From contig JAFGUC010000043.1 of NCBI GenBank assembly GCA_016938695.1, positions 119,213-183,212 on the forward strand: DNA of 64,000 bases, read 5' to 3'. Both the position numbers and the translations under genes were made by a program. The notes under the pieces are model-generated. The model did no database searches, was not told the DNA's origin, and saw only the letters and a list, made by a program, of their open reading frames with translations. The DNA comes from Candidatus Woesearchaeota archaeon (GTDB taxonomy: Archaea; Nanobdellota; Nanobdellia; Woesearchaeales; JAFGUC01). Shown here in pieces: positions 46,801-60,900 of this stretch. Positions within the stretch are counted from its first letter, which is position 1; each line of letters starts with the position of its first letter.

Positions 46801-48964
46801 GTACCTCTCTTGCCCGCTCTATATCATCACGTAATTCATCCATATCAATTTTTTCAATTGGAACTTTTGAACGTGACATTCCATTTGAAGATAAAACATC
46901 ATCAAGCCTTGTGTTTAATCCTTCAAAATACATATCAACCATTGTAAATGAACCTGAGCATAATTTTTCTTTTGCTAATTTTATTTCAAGATTAAAATCA
47001 AAAACATCCACTCCTTTTTCTTCTAATAGCTCAACATTGTAAATTATTTCTTCTAGTCTATCACTATAACCAATATATTTTTCCAAATCTGCTTCTTTTA
47101 ATCTTCTTGGACTATGAAGTAAAGGTCTAAAATTAACCATAAAAGGCTTACCTTTATTGTACGATGGATTGTTCATCATACCGTTTCCAGTTTCTGCCTT
47201 AACAACACTACGAAGTACTTCTTCACCATATTTTGTTCTAAGACGTTCTAAATCTCCTTCATCTTTAGTTCTCATCTGAACTTCTGTGTTGATGTTTGCC
47301 TTAATCTCTCCTACGAAATCTGACAAAACCTGCGAAATTAATACTAATCCAATTCCCCACTTCCTAAATTCCCTACATGCACGTTCAATTTGAACAAAAC
47401 CTGCACCACTTCCTCCAAACTTAGGAAGAAGCCTGTGAACCTCATCGTAAACCATCAAACTCTTTAAATGAGGATTTTCATCTAGTCCTTGACTGAAAAC
47501 TTGTTTAACCGTACTTGCTACAAAAATATCAATCTCACGAGGTTCTAATTTATGCAATGAAAATACAGTTATTTCTCCTGGATTCATGTGTTTTTTCAAA
47601 TCAATTTTTTGTAAAGCATCTTTAATAACAATAATAGTTCCAGGATAAGATTTTGCATCCTTCTTGTGTAAACCAAACTTAGGATAATAATTATACATTC
47701 CGTTATCATCATTCTTTCTAAAAAATCCAGTCCACTGAGCAGTTGGATCAAAAACAACAACACCTATTTTTTTATCTAATGCGTGTTCAACAACTCCTTG
47801 TGCAGCAACAGTTTTACCACCACCAGTACTTCCTGCAATAATTGTGTGAGTCATCAAATTATCAACATCAAAATAAATATTCTTATCAGTCTCACTAAGA
47901 AGACCTAAATGTACTCGTGAATCTTTTTTCTCTAAAGGTAAAGATTTCAAATATAATGGAAGATGATAACGTTTCTTTCTTTCCTTAGACCAACGATATA
48001 CAAAAATTCCTCCTGCAACTAATCCAAAAGATAACAAAATATAAACATAGTACCAAAGTTTCAATCCAAATAATCGTCTATTCAAAACAAAGATATTCAA
48101 TTTTAATGGAACAACTGAAAAAGTAGATATTGTAGAACCTTGATAAGGATATACTAATTCTCCTGATAAAATATATGTTCCCATATCAAAAGATTCTGGT
48201 ATTTCAAAAACAACAACATCAGAAAAAAATTCTTCAACATGTAAAGAATACTCTTGTGATAATAAATTTTCTCTTGTTTGAGTATCCAATAAAGATATAA
48301 TTAATCGCGAATCAACTGAAACAGGCAAGGGATTATTAACTTGCAATTGAATCTTTAAATCCTCAGTAATAGAACCTTCATTAATTGGATCTAAAATTAA
48401 CTCAATTTGATTAGCCCGACTATGTAACACATCAATTATAACAGGCATTTTATACTTTTTCTCTTGAAAGAAAAAATCAATAAAACCAATATATAAGTTA
48501 GGTATTACAGAATAGTTAGCTTTTATGCTTATTGGAAGGATAACTGTTTCTTGTGGCTTTATAGTGAACATTCCTATCTTTGTTTCTATATTGTTTAAAT
48601 CAAAAGAAATAAATTTTGAAACATTTTTAGATACATTAAAACTAACTTCAATTGATGTATCTAAGGTATTAGTTAACTGTAAATTTTCTGCAAAATATTC
48701 TCCTGGAAATATAACTTTCTTAATTTTACCTGGATAAAATTTAACATGACTATAAGTATCATTAATTTCATCTAAACTGTCTTCTAGAGGTTTTAATAAT
48801 TCACTAGTCTCTTTTCTTAAAATTTCTTGAGACTTAGAAAATTCTTCATCCAGTATCCTTCTAACTAAAGCTTCATTTGCTAAAACAGCTGAAGCTAAAC
48901 TAAGTATTAGTATCAAGAATAATACTAAATTCACCTCTTTTTTATAACAATTTAAAGATTTCAT
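46784..48964 (-). CDS. Bitopic membrane protein, 726 aa: ectodomain of about 290 aa (two Ig/CARDB-like modules), TM helix, cytoplasmic HerA/FtsK-like (DUF87) P-loop ATPase
   Basis: The signal/anchor is LVLFLILILSLASAVLA and the TM helix is LWYYVYILLSFGLVAGGIFVY. Walker A is IIAGSTGGGKTV, followed by VVVFDPTAQW, Walker B (LMVYDEVHRLLP) and FRKWGIGLVLISQVLSDF...NTEVQMRT, matching the HerA/DUF87 pattern. Confidence 0.85.
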   Translation of the reverse strand: MKSLNCYKKEVNLVLFLILILSLASAVLANEALVRRILDEEFSKSQEILRKETSELLKPLEDSLDEINDTYSHVKFYPGKIKKVIFPGEYFAENLQLTNTLDTSIEVSFNVSKNVSKFISFDLNNIETKIGMFTIKPQETVILPISIKANYSVIPNLYIGFIDFFFQEKKYKMPVIIDVLHSRANQIELILDPINEGSITEDLKIQLQVNNPLPVSVDSRLIISLLDTQTRENLLSQEYSLHVEEFFSDVVVFEIPESFDMGTYILSGELVYPYQGSTISTFSVVPLKLNIFVLNRRLFGLKLWYYVYILLSFGLVAGGIFVYRWSKERKKRYHLPLYLKSLPLEKKDSRVHLGLLSETDKNIYFDVDNLMTHTIIAGSTGGGKTVAAQGVVEHALDKKIGVVVFDPTAQWTGFFRKNDDNGMYNYYPKFGLHKKDAKSYPGTIIVIKDALQKIDLKKHMNPGEITVFSLHKLEPREIDIFVASTVKQVFSQGLDENPHLKSLMVYDEVHRLLPKFGGSGAGFVQIERACREFRKWGIGLVLISQVLSDFVGEIKANINTEVQMRTKDEGDLERLRTKYGEEVLRSVVKAETGNGMMNNPSYNKGKPFMVNFRPLLHSPRRLKEADLEKYIGYSDRLEEIIYNVELLEEKGVDVFDFNLEIKLAKEKLCSGSFTMVDMYFEGLNTRLDDVLSSNGMSRSKVPIEKIDMDELRDDIERAREVHENGG
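46810..47971 (-). repeat. Copy A of a duplicated ATPase-domain coding segment of about 1.16 kb (partner at 49515..50683)
   Basis: Long runs are identical at the nucleotide level, e.g. ctatatcatcacgtaattcatccatatcaattttttcaattggaac in both copies. The encoded proteins differ at about 35 of about 370 aligned residues by hand count. Confidence 0.85.
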
Positions 48965-51900
48965 CTATTGAATCCTCAGGCCATTTCTGGCTTTTAAGCT
49001 TTTGTCGTATTTGAGATTCACTTATTCCTTTTTTAATATAACCTTTAACAGTATCACGCATATTTAAAATGTGTTCTGCTGCAATAATATCTGTTTCAAT
49101 ATTCTTTAATTTCTCTTGTGCGTTAGTATAATACCTATCTATATAATTTTTTTGCAAGGCATTAATATCAGAACTGATGTATTTCATATTCAATTCCAAC
49201 ATTTTAGTATTTACACCCGAACGTTTTAGATTATCTACTCGTGATTGAAAATTAGAGTATTGAGTATTAACATCATCCTCTTTAGTTTTTGAAGGAGTTT
49301 CTTTAATTACAGGAATATCAATACTTGATTTTCTAGAGCTAGACTTTGGTTTAGAAACTTCAATATCTGAAAATTCAGAAATCTTAGATAAATTCACAGA
49401 AGACGTTTCCTTAGTACCCTCCAATTTATCTAAAAATTTATTATAGTAATTAGAGCTTCCAGAAGATTCTACCTTCTCAACTTTCTTAACGCCAATAGAA
49501 CCGCCGTGTGCTTTTCTCGCTCGCTCTATATCATCACGTAATTCATCCATATCAATTTTTTCAATTGGAACTTTTTCTCTAGTCAATCCATGTGCTTGAA
49601 GTGATTCATCTAAACGAGATGTCAATCCTTCTAAATACATATCAACCATTGTAAATGAACCTGAAGCTAATTTCTCTTTTGCTAATTTTATTTCAAGATT
49701 AAAATCAAAAACATCAACCTCGTGTTTTTCTAGCAAACCAACATTGTGAATTATTTCTTCTAACTTATTACTATAACCAATATATTTTTCTAAATCTGCT
49801 TCTTTTAATCTTCTTGGACTATGAAGTAAAGGTCTAAAATTAACCATAAATGGTTTACCTTTGTTATATGCTGGATTGTTCATCATACCGTTTCCAGTTT
49901 CTGCCTTAACAACACTACGTAAAACATCTTCACCATACTTCGTTTTCAAACGCTGTAAGTCAGCTTCATCCTTAGTTCTCATTTGAACTTCGGTGTTAAT
50001 GTTTGCCTTAATTTCCCCAACGAAATCTGACAAAACCTGTGAAATTAATACTAATCCAATTCCCCACTTCCTAAATTCCCTACATGCACGTTCAATCTGA
50101 ACAAAACCTGCACCACTTCCACCAAACTTAGGAAGAAGCCTATGAACCTCATCATAAACCATCAGATTCTTTAAATGAGAATCCTCATCCAAACCCTGAC
50201 TGAAAACTTGTTTAACAGTACTTGCTACAAAAATATCAATTTCCCGAGGTTCTAATTTATGCAACGAAAATACAGTTATTTCGCCAGGATTCATGTGTTT
50301 TTTTAAATCAATTTTTTGCAAAGCATCTTCAATAACAACAATAGTTCCAGGATACGACCGAGCATCTTTTCTCCGTAGACCAAATTTAGAATAATAATTA
50401 AACATTCCATTATCATCATTCTTTCTAAAAAATCCAGTCCACTGTGCAGTTGGATCAAAAACAACAACACCAATATTTTTATCTAATGCGTGTTCTACAA
50501 CTCCTTGTGCCGCAACAGTTTTACCACCACCAGTACTTCCTGCAATAATTGTGTGAGTCATTAAATTATCAACATCAAAGAAAACTTCTTTTTCATACTC
50601 ACTAAGTTTTCCTAATGGAACTCTACTTTCTGTTTTAACCAAAGGAAGTTCTTTAAAAAACACAGGTAAATGATATCTTCGAGATTTCTCAACAACAACT
50701 TGTTGAACTTTTACTCCACCTAAAACAACAGTAATCAACAAAATAAATGATAAAATCACCCAAATTGGAACACCATAAATTTCTCTATATAGCAAAGGAT
50801 TTACAATTTCAAATCTATTAACACGTGAAAATTCTTTCACAAATCCATTTAATGCATAAGAAATTTTAGTCTTGACATAATATTCTCCTTCTGAAAGATT
50901 TTGGGGAATTGACAACAAAGAAACATTATTATAATAAGTATTCAAATCAATTAAATTTGAGATCTCATATAATAAATTATTATTCATATCATATACTTCA
51001 AAACCTAAACTAACATTCTTCATCTCATCAGACGGATTATAAAGTTCAATATCTAGACCTAAATTCTTTCCAAGAACAACATAATCTCCAAGAAGTTTAA
51101 CAAACATTTGCAACTGCAAAGAATCTTGTTCAATTACTCTTAGACTAACAGGTAATCGTATTGCATCTGAACCAACAACAATCTCAAAATTACCATTATA
51201 TACGCCCGTTGGATAATCTTTTGGAATATGTAATTTCAATAATAACTGAGATTCTCTCATTGCTTTCAATGTAAACTCAGAAGTATTTATTGTAAAAAAA
51301 TCACTTAAACTATCACTATAACCTAATTTTACTTGTAAATCAACTCCTTGAGAATTTTTCAAAAATAAGGGAATAGAAAGATTCTCACCTTGATATAACA
51401 TCCTAGTAATATCTTCAAAATTTAATCCATATTTTTTATTAAATTCTTCAAATGTCGATAAACTATCCAAATAAGGATCAATTATAGAATGAGTCTCATT
51501 TAAAATTTCCTGCCGACTCTCATTTAATTTTTCTTCTAAAACTTTCTTAAGTACTGACGGATTAATTTGACCACTACTTGTTTGAGTATTCATAGAAATA
51601 AAATTATTTTGATCTATTGGTGGAACATCATGAACTAAAGCAATTGCACTCTGACTAGTAAAATTAAATGGAGAATAAAAATAAGTATTTCCATCAATAT
51701 TGACATATGATCGTTGATCAATTTTTGTCCAAGTTCCCAAACAAGATTCATTATTAAAATCCCACAAATTACATTGATATAAAAACATTTTATTTATATC
51801 ATCAACTACAACATCAGAATAATCAATATAGATTCCTGCTAATGAATTAAAAGGAGAATCAAACCCATAAACTTTGTAAACTTTCCTATCATCAATAGTA

Positions 51901-54900
51901 TAACCATTTACGTCATCTTTCATATCAACATCAATAAAATCAAATACATTACTAACATTATATAAATCAACATTTCTAAGCATCAAATAAATCTTCAAAT
52001 CAATACTTGAGTTTAACGTCAATGAATAATTTCTTCTATGAACTATTTCATCATAAGAACCAAAATCATCCATAGGTACTTCAAACAATGTTTCATCAAC
52101 ATGATAAGGATTTGATAAAATCATATTTCCTTTATATCCATGACCAACTCTATCATTTACCTTACCAAAAATTCTTGTTTTATTATAGACTCCAAACCAC
52201 CAATTATATGTACCCATATGTCTAATATCAGAACCATTTAATACAGACTCATTTGTCGAATAATTATCATATGCAATAAATTTAACACGGTAGTCACCAC
52301 TCACCATATTAAATAACTGAACGGAATAAGTATCATCACCCTGATATGTCAAATTATATCTTTCAGTTACATTAGCACCGGACGCATTTAAATGTGTCAA
52401 ATTAATATATGTTTCATTTACTTGAACGTTATCAAATATTTTAACCCGTAAATTCATATTCTCTCCTGGCTCAATAAAATCAGCATATGGATCTTCAAAC
52501 CAAGGAGGAATTACATCTACATAAATTAAAGAATTATTTTCAAAAGCAAACGCTTCAACATTATTATAAATTGCAGTAAATTTCAAATAATTACTTATTG
52601 GGTTATGCTCTATTTCTGGTGCGGCAAATTGGAAATACCAAATTTCATCAGATGCATTATATGAACTTAAAATAATTTCAGAAGGTTCACCTGAAACATT
52701 TAATACAAAATAAACATTATCACTCAAAGGAAGTCCGTTATAATAAACTCTAGCTTTTGCATTCAAGAGATCTCCCGCATATAAATCTCTATAAGGAGAG
52801 ATTTCAGTTGGATAATCCAAAAATACTCCAAACGGTACAACTTCTAAATCGACAGAAATATTCAATTGATTAGGAGTTATTGTATCGGATACTGCATCAA
52901 AAACAATATATCCTGTAAAATTACCCACTGTTTCATTAGTTGCATAATAAACAGGAATTCTAGTTTCTGACGATTTTAATGCTATTGCAGAAGTATTTTG
53001 GAAAAACAAAAAGTCACTAGTATTAATCGTTGAATTAGTGTTTGGCAAATTTAATATAGTAAAAGGAATGTTTCCGGTTGATTGTGTTTGATAGTTGTAA
53101 ACCGGAATATAACCTAAAAATGCCGTTTGGTTATATGCTATCTTCCTACTTATATGTTCTTCAGTAACAATTCCACCATCAACAATAGACCATTTTGATG
53201 CTCCAACAACAACAGTGATTGGAATTTCAATTGAACAAGCAGAAGAATATCTACAATAGTTTGAATTATTTGAAACATTAACTAACAAAGTAAATTCATA
53301 ATCCCAACTAGTTGCAGGATAATGATAATTTAAAAATTCATATGTGTAATTTGATGAAGGAATATTCATTGTTAAATTAACAATCATATCAGATAATTTT
53401 CCTAAATGAGACAAATTACCAAATGCAGTAATATTAAACCAATCTAAACTCATCAAAGTTGGCGGTGATGTTTGAGGAATAATTGTTAAAGTTATATTTT
53501 CTAAAGGTGTTGTACCAAATGCTTCAATCGTAAAATTTGATATAACCTCATCATGACCTGGAGTTATCAAAGCGTTAATCTCATCAGTATCCGAATGAAC
53601 AACGGTATTATTCAATACATCAATTAAAAATTCTTGTGAAACAACAACATATTCATTACTTGGATTCATCCATCTAAAATAAATTTTTATAGTGTTGTTG
53701 CCAATTGTTGCATTAGGATAAATTTTATAGTTTGATAATCCAAAACAATTACCAGATGCCAAAATATCTCCACAAGAAATACTATAATTTGTATAAGTAA
53801 TGTTAAAAGTTTCAAAATCTGCAGGAACAGTTGTAGATATTGCATTCAAAAATTCTGCCTTACTATTTGTTACATTTATTTGAACTCCTTTCGGTATTGA
53901 AAAAATAAAACTAGTGTTGAACATTGGCGTTAAACCAATATTTGTTGCATTGAATGCAATTGGGAATTCATAGCGATTAGAACGTGTTAAATTATTCAAA
54001 GTCATATTTTGAAATGGATCTATTGTCAAATTTACATATGTAGAATTCAAGATATTAACTATTCCCACTAATTGATGTCCAGTATTTCCAGAACTATCAT
54101 TCGAATAAACATACACATCAAAGACTCCACCAAAAGATGGAACAAATAGTGCAGAAAAATCATAAGTCGTTGCATTGACTGTAACCCTAGTTACTAAAGT
54201 CACATTCTGATCATGATAAGAATTATTAAACCTAAACCAAACTTGTGAAACATTAGATAAATCAGATACTCTTGCATCTAAATCAAACGTAAAATAATTC
54301 ACATATCCTTGAAGCGGCGTAACATTTGCTGAAATAATTACTGGAGGATCTATATCTGTTACATTTGCCACTTTTAATACTGAAGCCAAAGATGGAGTAT
54401 ATGGCTTTGATGTTGAAATTTCACAAAATAAACTTCTAAGACCAGGTACTGATGGTGTCCAAATAAACCGTGCAACTCCAGAACCATTTGTAAGAGATGA
54501 ACCAACAACTGCTGCTTCTTCTTTCAAAGTCACAAGATAATTAGAAATCACTTGATTAGTATCAGAAGTATTCACACCACATAATATTTCAACAGGATAA
54601 CCTAATCCAAAATTATTCGTTGCAGGTCCCACAAAATAAACCTTTGAATAAGTCCAAATTGAATAGTTAATTGTATCATTATAACTTACATAATTTGGAC
54701 CTGAAACTTGTAAAGTCAAATTATGATCACCTAGTGGTTCAGCAGATGAATCAAAATAAAAATTATTTCCTACATTCAACAAAACATAATCATCATACCA
54801 AGTAAACGTAGAACCAATAACAGGACCACAACTATCAACAGCAGTCGCATTCATTAAAATATTTCCAGTACGATAATTAATTGAATCATCCAAAGGACTC

Positions 54901-57900
54901 AAAAAAGTTATAGTAATATTGCTATCCTTTACAGTTATATTCTGCGTTACATTATAATATGATGAATTCCAATAAGGACTACTACCAGTAATAAAAGTTT
55001 TTAATTCTAATTCACCTAAATTAAAAGAACAATTTCCACGAACATCATTAGATATCAAACAATCGCCTGTTGCATTAGTTATATTCCAACCTAAATATTT
55101 ATCATCTAAATAAAAAGTACAATTATAACCTGCAAAATCTAAACTATTATTTTTCCAATCAATTAAATTTGCAACAATTGGTGAAATTTCATTTCGTAAA
55201 ATATAAGAGGTATTAGCTTCTAATTTTACCAAACCCATCAAATCAATTGTTCTATTTTCTGAAAGAACACCTACCTTACCAAATGCTTCAGCATATACTG
55301 ACCAATTATAAGTTCCTGGCACAAGAACCAAACTTGGTTGATATAAACAACTATATGTTCCATTAGAGTGATTAATTTCTGTCAAACATGAGCCTGCTGG
55401 AATATTCCAAGTTATATCAGCATTTAGTATTGGATTTAAGCCATCAAAAACATCAGCAGTTAAATTAATAACAGTCGGATAATAATATGAATCATTATAT
55501 GTTGAAACCATAGTATTATTTTCAGGACTAGTTAAATTGACGTCCATAGGATCAAGCATATCAACATAAACAATAACACTAGAGTTCTGTTCTGATAAAA
55601 CATTTGATCTATTGTAAAATAAACCTGAATTAAAATTCAAACCACAAGTTAAATTATAATTCGCATCTGCAGAAATATTTCCAGAAGTATTCCAATTATA
55701 ATACGCTACGCCATTTTGTGAGACATTAGTAAACATATGTATTCCATCTACATAGAAATTAACATTATATCCTGTTAAATTATAACCTAATTCAGAAATT
55801 GAAACATTTGCATCAGTAACATTACATCGTAAAGTAACAATATCTCCTTCCATATAAGTTCCTAATGCAGGAATATCTGTCGCACCAAATATTTTTCCCC
55901 AACCCCATACTGAAACTGAAACATTATCAACAATTGATGTAATAGAAGGAACAGTTACATTTGCATAAATCATTGATGGTCCTAGCAAAATACTATCATT
56001 TATATTCCAAAAATAAGAATCTTGATTTGACAATGAAACAATAGAATGATTCATCATATCAGAAGAACTATAATAATACCAATCTACATCAAATACAACT
56101 ATATCGTTAAAACAACTATCTTGAACACTAACATTTAACCAAACATCGTCTGTCCTATATTTTCTAACATTTTGCAATGGCGAAACAATATTAAGATTAA
56201 ATGAACTATCTTCTAAAGTAATGTTACCAGTATCATTATTTTTTAAAACATAAAAATCGGAATCTGCCCAAGCCAAAAAAACAGTTACATTATAATCACC
56301 TGATGGAAGTTCTGAATAACAACTAGTATCAGTCATCCAAGTATAATTACAATATCCTGTTGAATTCATACCAGTTGTACCATTATATATTCCATCAATA
56401 TACCAATCACAACCAAAACTAGATAAAATCGGTTGTGAAGAATAATCTAGTAATCTTGCAAAAAGATCAGCATTTGCACTTCGTGCAAAAACTAAATCTT
56501 TAGATACAAAATCTAAACTACCGAATGCTTTAATATTCAATGTATGATTTTCTGACCAAGATGAATTTAATTTGAATTCTTTTACTGCTTTTGCAGACCA
56601 ATTATAAACTCCAGGAACTAAATCATCTTTAGGATCATATAAACAATAGTAAGTTCCATTTCCTACTTCAACAACACCAGTTATACAATCGTCATCACTA
56701 TCACCAAATACATCAAAATAAATTGTTGCATTAGTAATATTACTTCCATCTGAATCTGTAACATGAACTGATAAATTTGCAAATTCAGGATATCCTGAAA
56801 CATTAACTCTACCAACAGATGTTCCATTAGGTAAAAGACTTTCAATAAAAAGTTGTTCAAATAAATCAACACGAACTTCGTGTGTTATTGACGAAATTCC
56901 ACCAAAAACAGTATTAAATTTTAAAGGTTCAGTAGTAGTATTACAAGTGATATTAATTAGTTGATCTGCAGTTATTGATGATATATCCCAAATAATATGC
57001 GCAATACCTGATGCATTAGTATTAGAAGAACCAATCAAATCCGTATCATTATAAAAATAAACAGTTTTATTATATATTGGTGATTGTGCTGAAATTTTTG
57101 GAAGATCATAATCAGTAACATTACAATATAAATCTGCAGAAAGACCATATACTGAACCACTATCTTCTGGATCCATTTCTGAAATATTAACAATACTATG
57201 AATTAAAAAAGTTCCATTAATTTGAGCACGTTCAATATTTCCCCCACCATTATCAATTTCTGCCCACCAACTATAATTACCAGGAATTGAAGTATCTGCA
57301 GGATTATATGTACAATTATAAATTCCACCCGTATAATTTATTACTGGAGTACACTGACCTAAATCTGTTTGAATCAATAAATTCTGCCCTTCAACATCTC
57401 CAGAATCCATCGTTAAATGAACTGAAAATGTAATTTGATTTGGAAGTAAAGATGCTGTTCTATAAACAATAGTATTGTTTGGGGGATAATCATACGTAAA
57501 ATTAATACTATCATGAACAATATAATCTGCAGACGTATAATGATAAGAATTATACCAAGTTCTATTAATCCAAAATGAAAGATAATCATCATCCATAAAC
57601 ATTGGAGTTGCCGGAGGAATAGTAAATCCTCCTATAAAATCATTACAATTAGGAGTATCATTTACAATAACGTCTCTCCAATAAACTGTAAAATTTACAG
57701 AACCACCTAAATTAAAACCATAATCATCTATTACTTGTAAAAAAGTCCAATTTATTTCATTAGGATATTCTGAACTGATTTGTCGACCAACATCTCCACC
57801 AGAAACTGGACTTAGAGTCGGATTTGATGGTATTGTAAAAATTGTACCCCACACATTAACATTAAAAAGACTACTTTGATTTGCAAAATAAGAAGAATCT

Positions 57901-60900
57901 TGCAATGCAAAATACCAACTTGTCGGACCTGGAGTAAAACTAAATCCTGGATCAAAATCTAAAGATAAATAACCAGTCAAATTAGTTGCAGTTAAAGAAA
58001 AGGAACTTGCTCCAACATAAGGTCGTCCTAAAACACCTTCAGAAACATAACTAGATGTATCTAAATCAAAAATTCTAACACTCAATTTTGTTTTTGCTGT
58101 TCCAGATCTATTAACATTAGAATTATTTCCATAAAAATATTCAACACTTGCATAATGTTTTCTAACAATAAAATCATTATAATTTGAACTAATTATTCGT
58201 GGATGATATCCATCAGTATAATTAAAATAATACTCAACCATTCCTATCCAAGATGATTGAACAATTACATCAAATGAAGCATTAGCTCCCGCAGCAATTT
58301 GTTTCCAATCATATCTTGAAAAAGTTGAACTTCCAGGAGTACGTAAATATAAACTAACATTTATCAAATCACTCTCAGCGTCAGCAATTGTAACATTAAA
58401 AGTAATATTTTCTCCCCAAGGTGGATTATAATCCTCTAAATAAACATTTGTTAAATATGGAAAATAATTATTAAACCTATGAACATAATATTGTATACTT
58501 GATGCAGCTGCTAAAGAATTTAATCTAATTTTTACAAAATCAACAATAGTATTATCATCAGTATCTTCAAAACAAGTTCCAAATGTCCTACCATCATGAT
58601 TGAATACATCAAAATCAGGAGAAGGAGAATTACAACTTTCACGATCAATTATCAAAGGAGTAATATCATAAAGTGTCAAACCAGATTTATAATACAAAGT
58701 ATCATTATTAATATTTCCAAGATTAGTTAAATTAAATTCTAAAATAGTATTTGTTAATGCAGATGAAACATTGCTTGTCAAAGTGTAAGTAATATTTGTT
58801 TCAGATGCACTTGAACTACTGCTAGTAGTATAATAAGATTGATAACAACTCTTATAATCACTAGTCCAATAATATGCATTTGGAGGAGTTGTTCCATTTC
58901 CAAGTACAACATAGGGATTTGTTGTAATATCACACATATTCAAAGTATCAGTATAATTTGAATAAAATCTTCCATTAAAAAAACAACTTGACGCCGTCCA
59001 ATCCATAGCCAAATAATTGAATAAAAGATTATCATAAATTTGATCATTATAAAATATCCGTGCATGTTCATAAGGGTAACTCACATTTGCAGTTATATTA
59101 TCAAAACTATAAAACGAACTTTCAATTGCATAATCTAAAACTCCAGTTAAATTATAAACATAGTCTACTGAAAACCCAACAGATATCTGACCATAATTAC
59201 TTGCAGTAACACGAATAGGCACAGAACATAAATTTGAACAAGTTGACAAATATTCAGATAAATTACCTGAAAAGAAAAAACTTTCATTACTGGAAAAAAT
59301 ACCTGGATTTTCAAAAATTAAATCTGCACCAACATAAACACTAACATCTTGAGGATAATTATTTCCATTTTGAATATACCATGCTTTTGCATCGTCTGCA
59401 ACAATTAGTTCATTTCCAGATTGACTATTTACATCATAACTAAGCATATCCATTACTGCTCCAGCACCAGTGTCATAATCCCAAAGTATACCTAGACCAG
59501 TAGAATATATAACAAAATGACCTGCTAAACCACCACCTCCAGAAAAACCAGCAACTAATTCATTTCCTGCAGATGTAGACATAACATCTGAAATTAAAAG
59601 TTTTGATGCACGACTAGTTATATCGTAACTTACAGAATTTAACTTAATAAGATTATTACTCATTATTGAAATTGAAGAACCATTAACAACAGCAATTTCA
59701 TTTAAACTTGAACCGCCATTTAATTCTCCAACTGCTACAGAGTAAGGATTAGTTACAGGCACAGAACGCAAAAACCCAGCTTGATAATCATAGACTCTAG
59801 TAACATCATCACCAGTACTGACAACAATAATTTCATCATTTGCACTAGCATCAACATTTCCACAAGCAACATCTTTAATACCATTTGCAAAACCTAATGC
59901 AGAATTTAATAATGTTCCATCATCATCATAAATAAACAAAGAATTGTCAGTTACAACAGCCAATTCATTCAAAGCATCACCATCTGTTTGCATTAATTCA
60001 ACATCTATAATATCATTCATGGAAGGAGTATCATTCCATTCCGCATAAATTCCCGCATTTGTTGCACGCACAACATAAATAGAATTTTGTGATGTGTAAA
60101 CTACTTCATCTAAAGGAAAACTGGTATTAAATTCTCCAACCAAAACATTTGAAAAAATATCTGCTGATTCAATAGTGTGATTAATATACCACTCAGATGT
60201 TGAATCATTATAACCATAAATTTCTAAAACTCCATCTAAACCAGTAACAATGCTTGTTTGATTCGTGACATTTCCTGCAGAAATACTATAGATATTAGTA
60301 TTCTCTCCTTGTATTGATGTTGAAACAGTACCAGCAATATTAAATCCAGCAACAACACTATCAGATTCTTCAGGCATGTAAAAATTTACAGTTTGATCAA
60401 GTGTACCAGAAACTACAAAGATTTTCTGTGTTTCTGAATCTGTAAAATGATCCTGAATAAATGGAACAGTAAGATTATACAAATTTAATAGATCGCCATC
60501 TTGATTTGCCTCTGCTGCAGCATTGCTTGCAATGACGTAATCAGTACCGTATTGAATTCTTATATGATGCTTTCCGCTTGTTAATTCTTTAACAACCAAA
60601 AAAGTTGTTACATCACAATCCCAAGACGAAATAACATAATTTGAATTTACAAGATTCAATAAATCACTTCTCTCTTCAAGACCACAATACAAAGCATCAA
60701 CACGCAAATCCAAATCAAAAACAGTATCTATCCCTGAAAAAGTAAGATTGTCAATTCCAAGAGTATCAAATGCAATAATCCAATTATGACCTTTAACTGG
60801 ATATGACTGAGTATTATGTAAATAAATAGACGAACCATTAAAATCAACGTCAGAAGTGTAGAAACTAGTCTGCAAACTAGTTAAAAGCAGCAAGATAATT

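Noticed and set aside
46810-50683. The 1.16 kb duplicated segment considered as a mobile element or IS copies.
   Set aside because: Both copies are in frame and correspond exactly to the ATPase domain of two paralogous genes. There are no terminal inverted repeats, transposase or target duplications.
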